Assembly (NCBI GenBank): GCA_000146465.1
Contig: CP001946.1
Strand: one strand, 5' to 3'
Length of the DNA stretch: 64,000 bases
The translations under genes and the position numbers were made by a program. The first letter of the stretch is position 1, and each line of letters opens with the position of its first letter. The notes under the pieces were generated by a model. It made no database searches, was not told the DNA's origin, and saw only the letters and a list, made by a program, of their open reading frames with translations. This document shows, one piece after another, positions 48,819-58,085 of this stretch.

Positions 48819-49940
48819 ATGGAAATACGCCTCTGGCCAAACCAGGAGTTCCGAATCGAGGTTAGTGAAACACAAAAGCTGAAAGTGATGGTTGTGTCTG
48901 GCTTAGCAGAAATCAAGGGCCAGGAGCTTCTCAATGAAAAGTGGTACGCATTCAAGGACATAAAGACATTTATATTCACGTTTTCTGGATGCAAGCTCAA
49001 AGTGGAGGGAGCATGTGATCTACAATATGTGTCTGGCACGACGAATGTCCCTTCGATATTTGGGATCGTCAATTTTTTCTCGAAGAATGGGTTTGACTAT
49101 AGCAAGCTTAGGACATTCATGGTGGTAGGAAATGGAAGATCAACCCTGTGCTTCACACTGATCAACTTCTTTGTGCGAATGGGAAAGAAGGTACTATTCA
49201 CAGAGATAGATCCATCGAGGGGAAACATATTTCCTGGAGCGCTAAGCACCATGCACGTAGACACCTTAATCGACTGTATTGAAGGTCTCCGTCTGAAGAA
49301 CCCGTTATCCTTCTTCTACGGATCCACAGAGATAACAAACATGGAGTTGTATGATCTCCAAACAACGAAGCTCCAGGAGGCTATAAAATCCAAAAACATC
49401 GATGATCTTCATCTGATACTTTGTCCGGAGGGTGCATCTGCGTTTTATAACACGTTAATAAAGAGATTTGAGGTCGATAGAGTTATTGTTGTAGGGAATG
49501 AAAGGTTATACCACACTCTGGACGTGATAGTGGAAAAGTTGATGATCAGTAGAAGCGGTTTTGTTGAAGAAAAGGAAATAGGAAAGAGCATATCCAGATA
49601 CTTCAAAGGGGTGAATAATGAATATACACCATTTACATTCAATGTGAAATACAAGTGGAGGGTTGTGAGAATAGGAGAAATGTATGTTGCACCTGCTAGT
49701 GCTTTGCCACTGGGGAGTGCAAGGAAAGTAGGGTGTGTGGAGGCCTCTGAAGTGGAGATTTCGGAGAATTCTGTCTTAGGGATTTCAGAAGCTAGAGAGA
49801 TAGAAGATGTTGCAGGATCTCCGGTTCTTGGATATGTGGTTGTGATTGATACAGGGACATTCAAAATATTATGTACCCAGCCAAGGCTTCCTAAGTATGT
49901 TTTTTTGATCCAGGGAGACCTCAAGCATATCGAGTACTAG
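48819..49940 (+). CDS. CLP1: mRNA cleavage/polyadenylation factor Clp1 with a degenerate P-loop
   Basis: N-domain 'EFRIEVSETQKLKVMVVSGLAEIKGQELLNEKWYAF...TFSGCKLKVEG' follows the Clp1 pattern. The Walker A position reads 'MVVGNGRSTLC' with no GK[ST]. 'EIDPSRGNIFPGALS' matches Clp1 'ELDVGQGSVSIPG'. The track start is GTG; the ATG is the next codon ('taCCCtgtgATG'). Confidence 0.7.
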   Translation: MEIRLWPNQEFRIEVSETQKLKVMVVSGLAEIKGQELLNEKWYAFKDIKTFIFTFSGCKLKVEGACDLQYVSGTTNVPSIFGIVNFFSKNGFDYSKLRTFMVVGNGRSTLCFTLINFFVRMGKKVLFTEIDPSRGNIFPGALSTMHVDTLIDCIEGLRLKNPLSFFYGSTEITNMELYDLQTTKLQEAIKSKNIDDLHLILCPEGASAFYNTLIKRFEVDRVIVVGNERLYHTLDVIVEKLMISRSGFVEEKEIGKSISRYFKGVNNEYTPFTFNVKYKWRVVRIGEMYVAPASALPLGSARKVGCVEASEVEISENSVLGISEAREIEDVAGSPVLGYVVVIDTGTFKILCTQPRLPKYVFLIQGDLKHIEY

Positions 49941-50000
49941 CTTTCTTAATAAAACATTACAGTTCTCCGACTTTATCCAAACGGAAATTTTGTAAATTCG

Positions 50001-51533
50001 ATGATCCCTTGGATGAACAGAAAGAATCCAGTAAGAGATGCAGGCTCTATTCTCAGAGATAAATACATTACCTCTCATCTGAACGAGAGTTTGAAGATTG
50101 ATCATGAATATCCTCCTCTCCAGAAGGTGGGAGGGATAAAATATCTACTACCAAAGATAACAGAGCTTGTATACAACCCACTGTTTGCTAGGGCGAAGTA
50201 TGACGAGATTGGGATCCATCCGCCCAGTACTCTCCTGCTGCATGGTGTTTCTGGGGTTGGGAAGACGTTTCTTGTAAACTGCATAAGCCAGGAGTACAAG
50301 CTTCCGATTGTCAAGGCGTGTGTAGACTCCGATAAGGAGCTTCGTGAGTCATTCAGGAAGTCATCCTTACTCGAGAAGTCGATTGTGCTCATTGAAGACA
50401 TCGACACTTTAGGAGAGGATGATAAGAAGGTGATATCCCAGCTTTCCGAGTATCTTGAGAACTACAAAGGAAAGTCGATTGTGATTGCTACTGCTCGAAA
50501 CCCCGCATTTATTCATGAAAGTCTCAACAAGTTTGAAAATTCGCTACTGGTGAAAATACCAACGACATCGGAGAGGAGAGAGATCTTGGCCAGTATTACC
50601 GACAGAATGAAATGCCAGGATATTGACTGGCTGGAACTTGCAAAACTTATGCCAGGATTTGTTGGAAGAGACTTGAAGAGAGCCCTTAAGATTGCTTCTA
50701 CAAAAGCCGTGACTGACGGATCACATGTTATCCGGATGGTGGACTTTGAGATGGCGCTAAAGGAGATAAGGTGGAAGGGCACAGACATCACCTTTGATAG
50801 TATTGGATCTCTTGAGGAAGTCAAAGACGAGCTCAACATGAGCATCATCTTTCCGTCCCGATTTCCAGAGAAATTCCACAAGCTTGGGATCACAAGGCCT
50901 TCTGGAATACTTCTTTATGGACCTCCTGGATGTGGAAAAACATTACTTGTTCGGGCTGTGTCGAACATGAGCCATTGCAACTTCTTGAGCATCAAAGGCC
51001 CAGAGCTCATAAGTAAATATGTTGGGGATTCAGAGAAGGAGATAAGGAAGCTGTTTGATAAAGCTAAGCAGCTACAGCCATGCGTGTTGTTTTTTGATGA
51101 GATAGATTCCCTTTGTGGAGAGAGGAATGGAAACGAATTCACCAGTCGCATAGTCAATCAGATATTGACGCTCTTGGACGGGCTTGATGATAGAGGAGAT
51201 GTGTATGTAATTGGAGCCACCAACAGAATCGAGAGCATTGATAAGGCCATATTACGTCCTGGAAGATTCGACAAGATTCTTAAAGTCCCCCTACCATCTA
51301 GAGAAGGATGCGTGGATATATTTAGAAAGTGCACCAAGGGAATACCCATCGAGCCCTTTGATTTTGAAGGATTAGATTTGGAAGGGTTTAGTGGAGCAGA
51401 AATAGCAGGTTTAATTAGAGATGCAGCAATGTTATGCCTGAAACGCAACTTCAATGCAGATTCTTTTTTAATATCCAAAGTGGACATCTTGGAAGCGTTG
51501 AAGGCCGCAAGAGTTACCAAGGACTTCCGGTAG
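50001..51533 (+). CDS. two-ring AAA+ ATPase (Afg2/Drg1-Cdc48 subfamily) lacking an N-domain
   Basis: D1 'LLHGVSGVGKTFL...VLIEDID'. D2 'ILLYGPPGCGKTLL...GPELISKYVGDSEKEIRKLFDKAKQLQPCVLFFDEIDSL' and arginine fingers 'ATNRIESIDKAILRPGRFD'. Confidence 0.7.
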   Translation: MIPWMNRKNPVRDAGSILRDKYITSHLNESLKIDHEYPPLQKVGGIKYLLPKITELVYNPLFARAKYDEIGIHPPSTLLLHGVSGVGKTFLVNCISQEYKLPIVKACVDSDKELRESFRKSSLLEKSIVLIEDIDTLGEDDKKVISQLSEYLENYKGKSIVIATARNPAFIHESLNKFENSLLVKIPTTSERREILASITDRMKCQDIDWLELAKLMPGFVGRDLKRALKIASTKAVTDGSHVIRMVDFEMALKEIRWKGTDITFDSIGSLEEVKDELNMSIIFPSRFPEKFHKLGITRPSGILLYGPPGCGKTLLVRAVSNMSHCNFLSIKGPELISKYVGDSEKEIRKLFDKAKQLQPCVLFFDEIDSLCGERNGNEFTSRIVNQILTLLDGLDDRGDVYVIGATNRIESIDKAILRPGRFDKILKVPLPSREGCVDIFRKCTKGIPIEPFDFEGLDLEGFSGAEIAGLIRDAAMLCLKRNFNADSFLISKVDILEALKAARVTKDFR

Positions 51534-51614
51534 GCACTTTAAGCTGATGCCTTCTAAGTTCTCCAAAACCCAATGCAGATAGAGCTACCTAAGATGGAAA
51601 TGGCTCGTTTATTT

Positions 51615-54524
51615 TTAATAAAAGGTATTGAGCCTATCCAACGCCATAATTATTTTGTTTCTATCATATTTTCCAGCTTCAATAAAGTCTTCCAAATCTG
51701 CGCTGTTCATGTTGTTTATCACATCGACGTTTATGATTCTGGTTGTCTTTTCCTGGAAAAATGGTGCCAGTCTACCAGCATGTCTTTCCAGTTCCGTAAG
51801 GAGCCCAAGTTCCTCGTTACCCAGAGTAAGGCTCCCTAATATTCCAATCCCTCCGTTTCTTGTTGTGAAATAGACAGAGTCAGACCGGGGTAATGACAGA
51901 GACCCTGGACACATGCTTGTTATTCTGTCTCCAATAGAAAGCGTCTCCATATTATAATTTCTGTCCAACATCAGAACCTTCCCATCTGTGGTTGTAAGAA
52001 TAAGACTTTCTAGGGCGAAAACCATGGATTCTATCTGTTCTTTACCATTTGAAAGGAAATCTAGGGATAGATGGTTGGTTTCCTCGTTAAATGTAAAGAC
52101 CCCAAAAGATCTGTAGATACATGAACAGGCAATCTTGCTTCCATGCATTGCTATTCTATACGGTATAAAACCTATTTTCATTACACACAGCTCTACAAGG
52201 ATTCGTGCTTGTCTTTTGTATACATATACATTGTGGTTTCTATGTGTTGCCAAGTAATCCCCGTCGGAATCCAATGCATGCACAACACCCTCCCCTGTGC
52301 TTTCGTAGACAAGCTTGATACAATTCCCTCTTGTAGAAAACATAGCAAGCCTTGAAAAGCTGCCCTCTCTCGAAAGGTTACTTACAACAACAAAGTAATG
52401 TCTTGACAGAAACCTTCCATCCATTACTATCTCATCTTGGAGGAAGAGATTGTGTACATGCCTTTTCACTTTCAAAGAGAGATAGGAATTGATTATCGGA
52501 TCATTGTCGATGTTGAGGATTGGGCTTACGAGCCCTGTAACTTCCTTTTCATCATTCATGGCAGAGAACTTCAGCACATATCCATTCCTCGGATCCGTTT
52601 CTTGTAGCTTATCTTCAATAGAAATCTTAATTTTGGGAATGGATCCAAGATGGCATCTGTAAATGGACTTCCCTACAGAAACATACAGATGATCGGCAAC
52701 TAAGGCATAAGATATGCCTTCTAGGGAGCATTTATAGCACGAAAAGTCCTGGAGGTCTATAAATATGCTGGATACCCCAATTCCCATTATGTGCCTTCCA
52801 ACGGGAATCATGGTTTCAATCATTGTATCAGAAAAGAATGAAGGCTTAAGAAATAGAAGCTCCCATTTGTTCTCTTCTTCTGTCTCTTTTAATATTGATA
52901 AGATGCTTCTGGAACTTGTTTCGGGCTCTTGCCCAAAAGTAACTTCATATCCCACCCCATGCATGTCTCCAAAAAAGAGTCTCCCGCCTGCAATGCATAC
53001 CGATTTCAAGATTTCATGTTTTCTTCTATGAACCACTTGGAGGTGTTTGTTCATAATAATAAACTCGTCGTAGTATGTTGATATAAACAGGTAGCTATGG
53101 AGATAGAGAAGGCTAACTTCGTAAGGGCATTCTACACACTCAATGCATTCCATTGTCTCAAGGCATATTGCCTTAAGATTCCTGTCTCCAGTAAACACAA
53201 TACATAAGCCTTGATGGTAGGAAGAGAGTACTATGTCCTTTATCTCCAAACTTGAAATATCCCTTCCTTTCAGACGATACATGTGGTTTTTTGTATTGAA
53301 ATAGCAGTAGCCATCTATATGTATGTTAAGGATTTCTCCAAAGTCCTGTTCTTCACTCATACCTTCTCTTAATACTTTCCCTTGGTTTGGATGTGACACA
53401 ATCAAGACTCCATCTGCTATCCCGAATCTTCGGATAACTCCAGAAAGATTATATCTTGGTTCTACCGAAAGATCAACTGAATATGTGATCTTCTTAATCG
53501 AATTTCTTGAAATATATCTAAATGAAGTCCCAAGGTACGATAGAGACATTGGACAGGCACCACCTTCAAATGTTTTCAGAACCCTTAACTCTTTTCCTAT
53601 TTCGAGATGGTAAGAATTTCCACAAGGTGATCCTCCATAGTACAGCTTGTCTTCAAGATGAAGCAGAACACTAAACCAGGACCCAAGGTTTCCCAAAACC
53701 TCGGTTTTTAGAGATAAACCTTTGTAAGATGCAATTTCATTTTCACAGGTTTTGTTACTAGTTGGAATATTTCCTTCCAGGGATATGCGTATAATCTCTC
53801 CGTCCTCCATTGAGAGCAAAATACTTCCGTCTGCCGCCAGAGTGTTCTTGATCCCGGGATTTGCAAATTCGCTCTCAAGTACAAACTTGCCTCTCACATA
53901 GTAATATAACTTCCCTTCGCCTATAAGGAGCAACCCATCCCCTATGGCCCTTGCAGATACAAGCCCCTTTCTAAGGAGCATCTTTTCTTTTAGAATCATT
54001 TTAGGTTTGGAAGGCGCCATTTGATATCTCGAATAAAAGACGTCTCCAGAAATGTCTTCTAGCAAAAACCCGACATCACCCTTATTGGAAAATCCGTCAA
54101 GAATCTTATAGTATCCAAAGTCATTTACATCATCTCCAAAAACAAGTCCTTCGTGGCCCATACTTGCAACAGTAACTGTATCATTTTCCGCAATAAATAT
54201 AAAATTCTTCGAAGTTCGGATGCATTTGATATAGGATAGAGGAGCTGGCATCCTTCCGCACACAACTGGCTTGTCTCTACCCATAATGGCATAATCTCCC
54301 CTATTGGAAACCAACAGAAATCTTTTTGAACTCCTAAATACCACTGGCACAATAAGTGTTACATATCCATTGGGATATATCACATCCACAGGCCTCAGGT
54401 CCAGATTGTATATCTCGACTATCATTCCTCTAGTTACCGCGATACACGGTTCCCTCTCATATTCAATCCTTGCTCCGGAAACCGCAGAGTCAGGGTCGTT
54501 GATGGTTCTCATTGCATAGTGCAT
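51615..54524 (-). CDS. SF3b130/CPSF160/DDB1-family triple-propeller protein (closest to SF3b3/Rse1 by N-terminus)
   Basis: N-terminus 'AVSGARIEYEREPCIAVTRGMIVEIYNLDLRP' against SF3b3 'GISFAIHGNFSG..QEIVVSRGKILELLRPD'. Repeated propeller blades. C-terminal 'DVINNMNSADLEDFIE...RLNTFY' resembles the CPSF_A tail. Confidence 0.55.
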   Translation of the reverse strand: MHYAMRTINDPDSAVSGARIEYEREPCIAVTRGMIVEIYNLDLRPVDVIYPNGYVTLIVPVVFRSSKRFLLVSNRGDYAIMGRDKPVVCGRMPAPLSYIKCIRTSKNFIFIAENDTVTVASMGHEGLVFGDDVNDFGYYKILDGFSNKGDVGFLLEDISGDVFYSRYQMAPSKPKMILKEKMLLRKGLVSARAIGDGLLLIGEGKLYYYVRGKFVLESEFANPGIKNTLAADGSILLSMEDGEIIRISLEGNIPTSNKTCENEIASYKGLSLKTEVLGNLGSWFSVLLHLEDKLYYGGSPCGNSYHLEIGKELRVLKTFEGGACPMSLSYLGTSFRYISRNSIKKITYSVDLSVEPRYNLSGVIRRFGIADGVLIVSHPNQGKVLREGMSEEQDFGEILNIHIDGYCYFNTKNHMYRLKGRDISSLEIKDIVLSSYHQGLCIVFTGDRNLKAICLETMECIECVECPYEVSLLYLHSYLFISTYYDEFIIMNKHLQVVHRRKHEILKSVCIAGGRLFFGDMHGVGYEVTFGQEPETSSRSILSILKETEEENKWELLFLKPSFFSDTMIETMIPVGRHIMGIGVSSIFIDLQDFSCYKCSLEGISYALVADHLYVSVGKSIYRCHLGSIPKIKISIEDKLQETDPRNGYVLKFSAMNDEKEVTGLVSPILNIDNDPIINSYLSLKVKRHVHNLFLQDEIVMDGRFLSRHYFVVVSNLSREGSFSRLAMFSTRGNCIKLVYESTGEGVVHALDSDGDYLATHRNHNVYVYKRQARILVELCVMKIGFIPYRIAMHGSKIACSCIYRSFGVFTFNEETNHLSLDFLSNGKEQIESMVFALESLILTTTDGKVLMLDRNYNMETLSIGDRITSMCPGSLSLPRSDSVYFTTRNGGIGILGSLTLGNEELGLLTELERHAGRLAPFFQEKTTRIINVDVINNMNSADLEDFIEAGKYDRNKIIMALDRLNTFY

Positions 54525-54600
54525 TGATACAATTTCTGGGTTCCACTGGAATAAGTTACAACTATTTCATTAAAAATTTTGTTGAGTAAACAAAGGTTGG

Positions 54601-55068
54601 ATGAAGGTTACATATGACTTTGCCGAAACAAAGGACACCGCAATAGTGTTTGTATATAAACCCTCTGCAGAAAACATGCATATAGACCCTGTGCTTGAGG
54701 GCCCTAGAAGACTCAGACTATCCGAGAATATCTCTATAGACCTTTATGGAGATGTTTATCCCGAAATCAAAATTAACGAGTCGAAGTTAAGAATGGAAAT
54801 TCACCTAAGAAAGGTAGAGGCAATAAGATGGGGAGGTATCAGAGGAAGGCCGATCGAAGAGCCTCAAGACAGCAATAAAGAAAGTGTAATAGAAGATTCC
54901 GAGGACGAAGAGAATACTTCTGTAATGGACCTGTTCAGAAAGATTTATCAACGATCTGGAGAGGATGTCCGAAGAGCGATGGAGAAGTCTTTCTATGAGT
55001 CTGAAGGAACTGTTTTGAGTACAGATTGGGACCAAGTCAAATCAAAGAAGATTACCCGGGAAGATTAA
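54601..55068 (+). CDS. SGT1: Sgt1 homolog (CS + SGS domains, no TPR)
   Basis: CS/p23-like N-terminal half. SGS domain 'VMDLFRKIYQRSGEDVRRAMEKSFYESEGTVLSTDWDQV' matches the Sgt1 SGS 'LFQQIY..DEVKRAM.KSF.ES.GTVLSTNW'. Confidence 0.7.
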   Translation: MKVTYDFAETKDTAIVFVYKPSAENMHIDPVLEGPRRLRLSENISIDLYGDVYPEIKINESKLRMEIHLRKVEAIRWGGIRGRPIEEPQDSNKESVIEDSEDEENTSVMDLFRKIYQRSGEDVRRAMEKSFYESEGTVLSTDWDQVKSKKITRED

Positions 55069-55205
55069 ATCCTTATTTCTAGAATCTACGCATTAGACTA
55101 TCATTGGCACTTTCAAGACATTAATAGACAAGAAAGAATTAAGAAGCCATTGTACAAAGTTAAAATCTTTTGCTAGCGAGCCATTCAAGAGATCCCGAGA
55201 TCACC

Positions 55206-55484
55206 CTATTGGTTTATTTCGTTCTGGTGGTATGCTTTCTTCAACTTCTCGGCTAGGGCATATATATCCCCTTCCGAGCTCTTGAGGGCCACTTTTTCCA
55301 TGGAATTTCTGAACATTTTTAGATGGTTTTCTCTTTCTGCCTCTCTGTCTCTTATCTTCGAAAAGTACTCCCAATTTCCTATCGAGTCAATTATCGCCTG
55401 GTCTGTCAAAAGAGAATGATCAAGCCCCAGATCTCTTCTTATGTCCTCTTGGAAATACTCTATTTCCTCAATAAGCTCCTTCAT
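55206..55484 (-). CDS. small hypothetical protein (92 aa from the first ATG)
   Basis: The track ORF (55206..55541) starts at TTG. The first ATG has a 'gtgCCCtcATG' context. It lies in the same frame as the upstream ORF but is separated from it by two stops. Confidence 0.35.
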   Translation of the reverse strand: MKELIEEIEYFQEDIRRDLGLDHSLLTDQAIIDSIGNWEYFSKIRDREAERENHLKMFRNSMEKVALKSSEGDIYALAEKLKKAYHQNEINQ

Positions 55485-55640
55485 GAGGGCACATCCATTA
55501 TTCCAAATGTCATCTATGTTAATTGTAGTCACACAATACAAAAATATATTGAGATCAAATTTAATTGCCTGTCAACCATTACACCCACCAAAATTAAATC
55601 CGCAAGATACTTTTTGGGAGAGTAAACAATACTCTGATTC

Positions 55641-56339
55641 CTACGATGTAACAATACCTAGCAGATGGAACTGTATACAAAACTCTAAGTAAGGGATTAC
55701 CCAACTATTATATTTTCCGTTAAATATTTCAGATACACCCTTCATTAATTCAAGAGGAACTCCTTTCGGCACCGAAAAAAACACTTGCTGAACAAGATAT
55801 TTAACCTCGCTTGAAGCCCTTATGTCGTCTCTTATCCTCTCCAAAATCTCAAAAATACTCTTGTCTTCATTGGTAACAGCATTTTTCCGGATGTCCATTG
55901 CGAGTTGCTGGAACTTTTCCCAAATGTATCGAGAATTTTTCTTTTCTGGATTGTGGATTAGAAAAGAGTAGTAGGGATCGATTTTGGATCCAAGATTCTG
56001 GAACTCCTTAAAATCCTCGGGACTTATACGATAACAAACTTCAAGTCCTGTACTTATTTCCCATGATCTAACATCCAACAAGAGCCTATCAATATTAGAT
56101 TCCGTTTCTTTTATTGTTCGCTTAATCTTATTGCCAAAAAGATCCTCTCTTGAAAGATATAGCTTTATATCTTCTGAAAAAGAGAATTGAACCATATTTC
56201 CATCCGACATGTTCTCCAAAAGATTTCTGATCGTTACCAAAATAGAATATACAACAAAGAGCAAGGAGTTCTTACGTGAAGCCATTTCGTTTCCTATATC
56301 ATCGAGAGCACGAATAATTTCTGCAGTTTGTCCATCCAT
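55641..56339 (-). CDS. hypothetical protein
   Basis: 232-aa ORF. ATG verified with 'tagCCCATG' context. Confidence 0.45.
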   Translation of the reverse strand: MDGQTAEIIRALDDIGNEMASRKNSLLFVVYSILVTIRNLLENMSDGNMVQFSFSEDIKLYLSREDLFGNKIKRTIKETESNIDRLLLDVRSWEISTGLEVCYRISPEDFKEFQNLGSKIDPYYSFLIHNPEKKNSRYIWEKFQQLAMDIRKNAVTNEDKSIFEILERIRDDIRASSEVKYLVQQVFFSVPKGVPLELMKGVSEIFNGKYNSWVIPYLEFCIQFHLLGIVTS

Positions 56340-56454
56340 GGGCTATGATGAATAGTTTTATCAAATATAGAAAATGATTAATCCATTTATTTCTTGATCA
56401 AACTCCGTTTCGATTGATATGGAAAGACGGATGCTTAGAAGTAGAGCCTTAAAT

Positions 56455-57414
56455 TTAGACTGTCTCTCTAAGGACTTTAGATATGGTCTGTTGAAAATCC
56501 GAAGGTCCATCGATGGCTTGTAATATGCGAGACGAAACATTAATAATATTGCAATCCTTTGTGATTAATTCTCCATTCCAGCCTATCTCCTTTGCCTTAA
56601 CAACATTACTATTGGAGTCATCGAAGAAGTAAACATTTCTAGGTACTTCTATTCCCAGAGCCTTTGTCACAAATTCATAGGATTTATAGTGCGGCTTGCA
56701 GCAGAAGGTTGTGTCATACTTTCCTATACATATCACAACCTCAAAACAATCTAAAATTCCTATCTTTGCAAGAATATTTTCTGCTCTGTCTCTAGGCCCA
56801 TTTGTAAAGCAGCACCTTCTGACATTCTTCATGGAAAGGAGAAACTCCCTCAAGCTTGGATCTGGAGAAAGATATTGAAGATAATCAAATTCCGAAAGCA
56901 TCTTCCAGTACTCCTCAAGGGAAATTCCCACATACTTGTAAAAAAGAAATGAATACAGTAATGATATGGCTAGGTGCTCTTCAAACATCTCCTCGGTTCC
57001 TCCTTCCTTCAGGGAAATATACTTCTCCATAAGAAATTTCTTCTCCATTTCCTGGAGGTTATTTGATGGATGATAAAGAGTGTCATCTATGTCGTACAAG
57101 AACAGAGTATCGCTTCCTATCTTTTTGAGCTTGATATCCAAAAGAGATAGATCCTGCCCCATCTCAATGAAAACAGGACTTTGAAAAGGTTTCTCATCCC
57201 GAAAGTCCTTGGAACTTGGTAGGCTATCTTCTAAGTGTTGTTTCTCCTCTTCCATAGGAAACGACATTTTCTCAGACTTCTTTGCAAGTTTGGTCGGGAT
57301 CTTTCCTTTATCACAAGAACTGGACATTAACCTTTTGGCCTTGCTCTCAGCTTTCTTTATCCCGCTAGAAAAAACCTTGAAAATAGCCTTGACCACATTC
57401 CCAATTCCTCTCAT
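56455..57414 (-). CDS. HAD-superfamily pyrimidine 5'-nucleotidase (Sdt1/Ssm1-like) with an N-terminal extension
   Basis: HAD motif I 'FLYDIDDTLY', 'CFTNG', 'CCKPH', motif IV 'FFDDSNSNV'. About 100 aa of extra N-terminal sequence. Confidence 0.65.
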   Translation of the reverse strand: MRGIGNVVKAIFKVFSSGIKKAESKAKRLMSSSCDKGKIPTKLAKKSEKMSFPMEEEKQHLEDSLPSSKDFRDEKPFQSPVFIEMGQDLSLLDIKLKKIGSDTLFLYDIDDTLYHPSNNLQEMEKKFLMEKYISLKEGGTEEMFEEHLAISLLYSFLFYKYVGISLEEYWKMLSEFDYLQYLSPDPSLREFLLSMKNVRRCCFTNGPRDRAENILAKIGILDCFEVVICIGKYDTTFCCKPHYKSYEFVTKALGIEVPRNVYFFDDSNSNVVKAKEIGWNGELITKDCNIINVSSRILQAIDGPSDFQQTISKVLRETV

Positions 57415-57494
57415 CGGGGTAAGTAAAGTTGTTTTAGCTGTACTAAAATTTTTCTTAGAAACATATAAAAATAACTCACAAGGGAGATCTTTAT

Positions 57495-58085
57495 TTACTC
57501 CTGGCCGTGGTCGACAGGCTTGGTCGGCATCTTGGAGGAGAGACTAGACTCATTCTTTTCTCCATTTACAACTGTAGAGTCAATGGTAGAGAACCCCGAG
57601 TCCGAAACATCTTCCATATGGGAGTTGTTGGGGGACATCTTAGAGATGCCTTCTTCGTTCTTTATCCCGAGGATTTCCTCTTCCATCTCTTCAGTCCCAC
57701 GCCCTCGGTAGTTTTTTTGAGCCTTTTCGTAGTACTCGTTGAAATACCTGAATATTGCAGACCTTGTTCTCTCAACTATTTCCTCGAGATCTCCTTGGTA
57801 CTTCTCCATAAACCCACGAATATAGAACTTGTAAACAAACACTGCGCCAGTACAGGCAGGTATGGATATCCATGCAACCACTATAAGCTTGAACAGCTGG
57901 TAGAAAGGTATGAAGTCAAGCACGAATGAAAACAAATTGTCTAGAACAAGAAACACGGCAATAACCATGAAATACTTATTGTATCTCTTATAAACCCTTT
58001 TATCTTCTCTGCATGCTCTGAATGACTGAAGAACATTGTAAAGAACCAACATTGCCACAAAAGCATTAACAAGAAAGCTTATCAT
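57495..58085 (-). CDS. YOP1: Yop1/REEP/HVA22-family ER-shaping protein
   Basis: TB2/DP1 hairpin TMs with 'FIPFYQLFKLIVVAWISIPACTGAVFVYKFYIRGF' (Yop1 'IPFY...K...L.WL..P...GA..IY'). 'ggaaCCCtgaaATG' context. Confidence 0.7.
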   Translation of the reverse strand: MISFLVNAFVAMLVLYNVLQSFRACREDKRVYKRYNKYFMVIAVFLVLDNLFSFVLDFIPFYQLFKLIVVAWISIPACTGAVFVYKFYIRGFMEKYQGDLEEIVERTRSAIFRYFNEYYEKAQKNYRGRGTEEMEEEILGIKNEEGISKMSPNNSHMEDVSDSGFSTIDSTVVNGEKNESSLSSKMPTKPVDHGQE

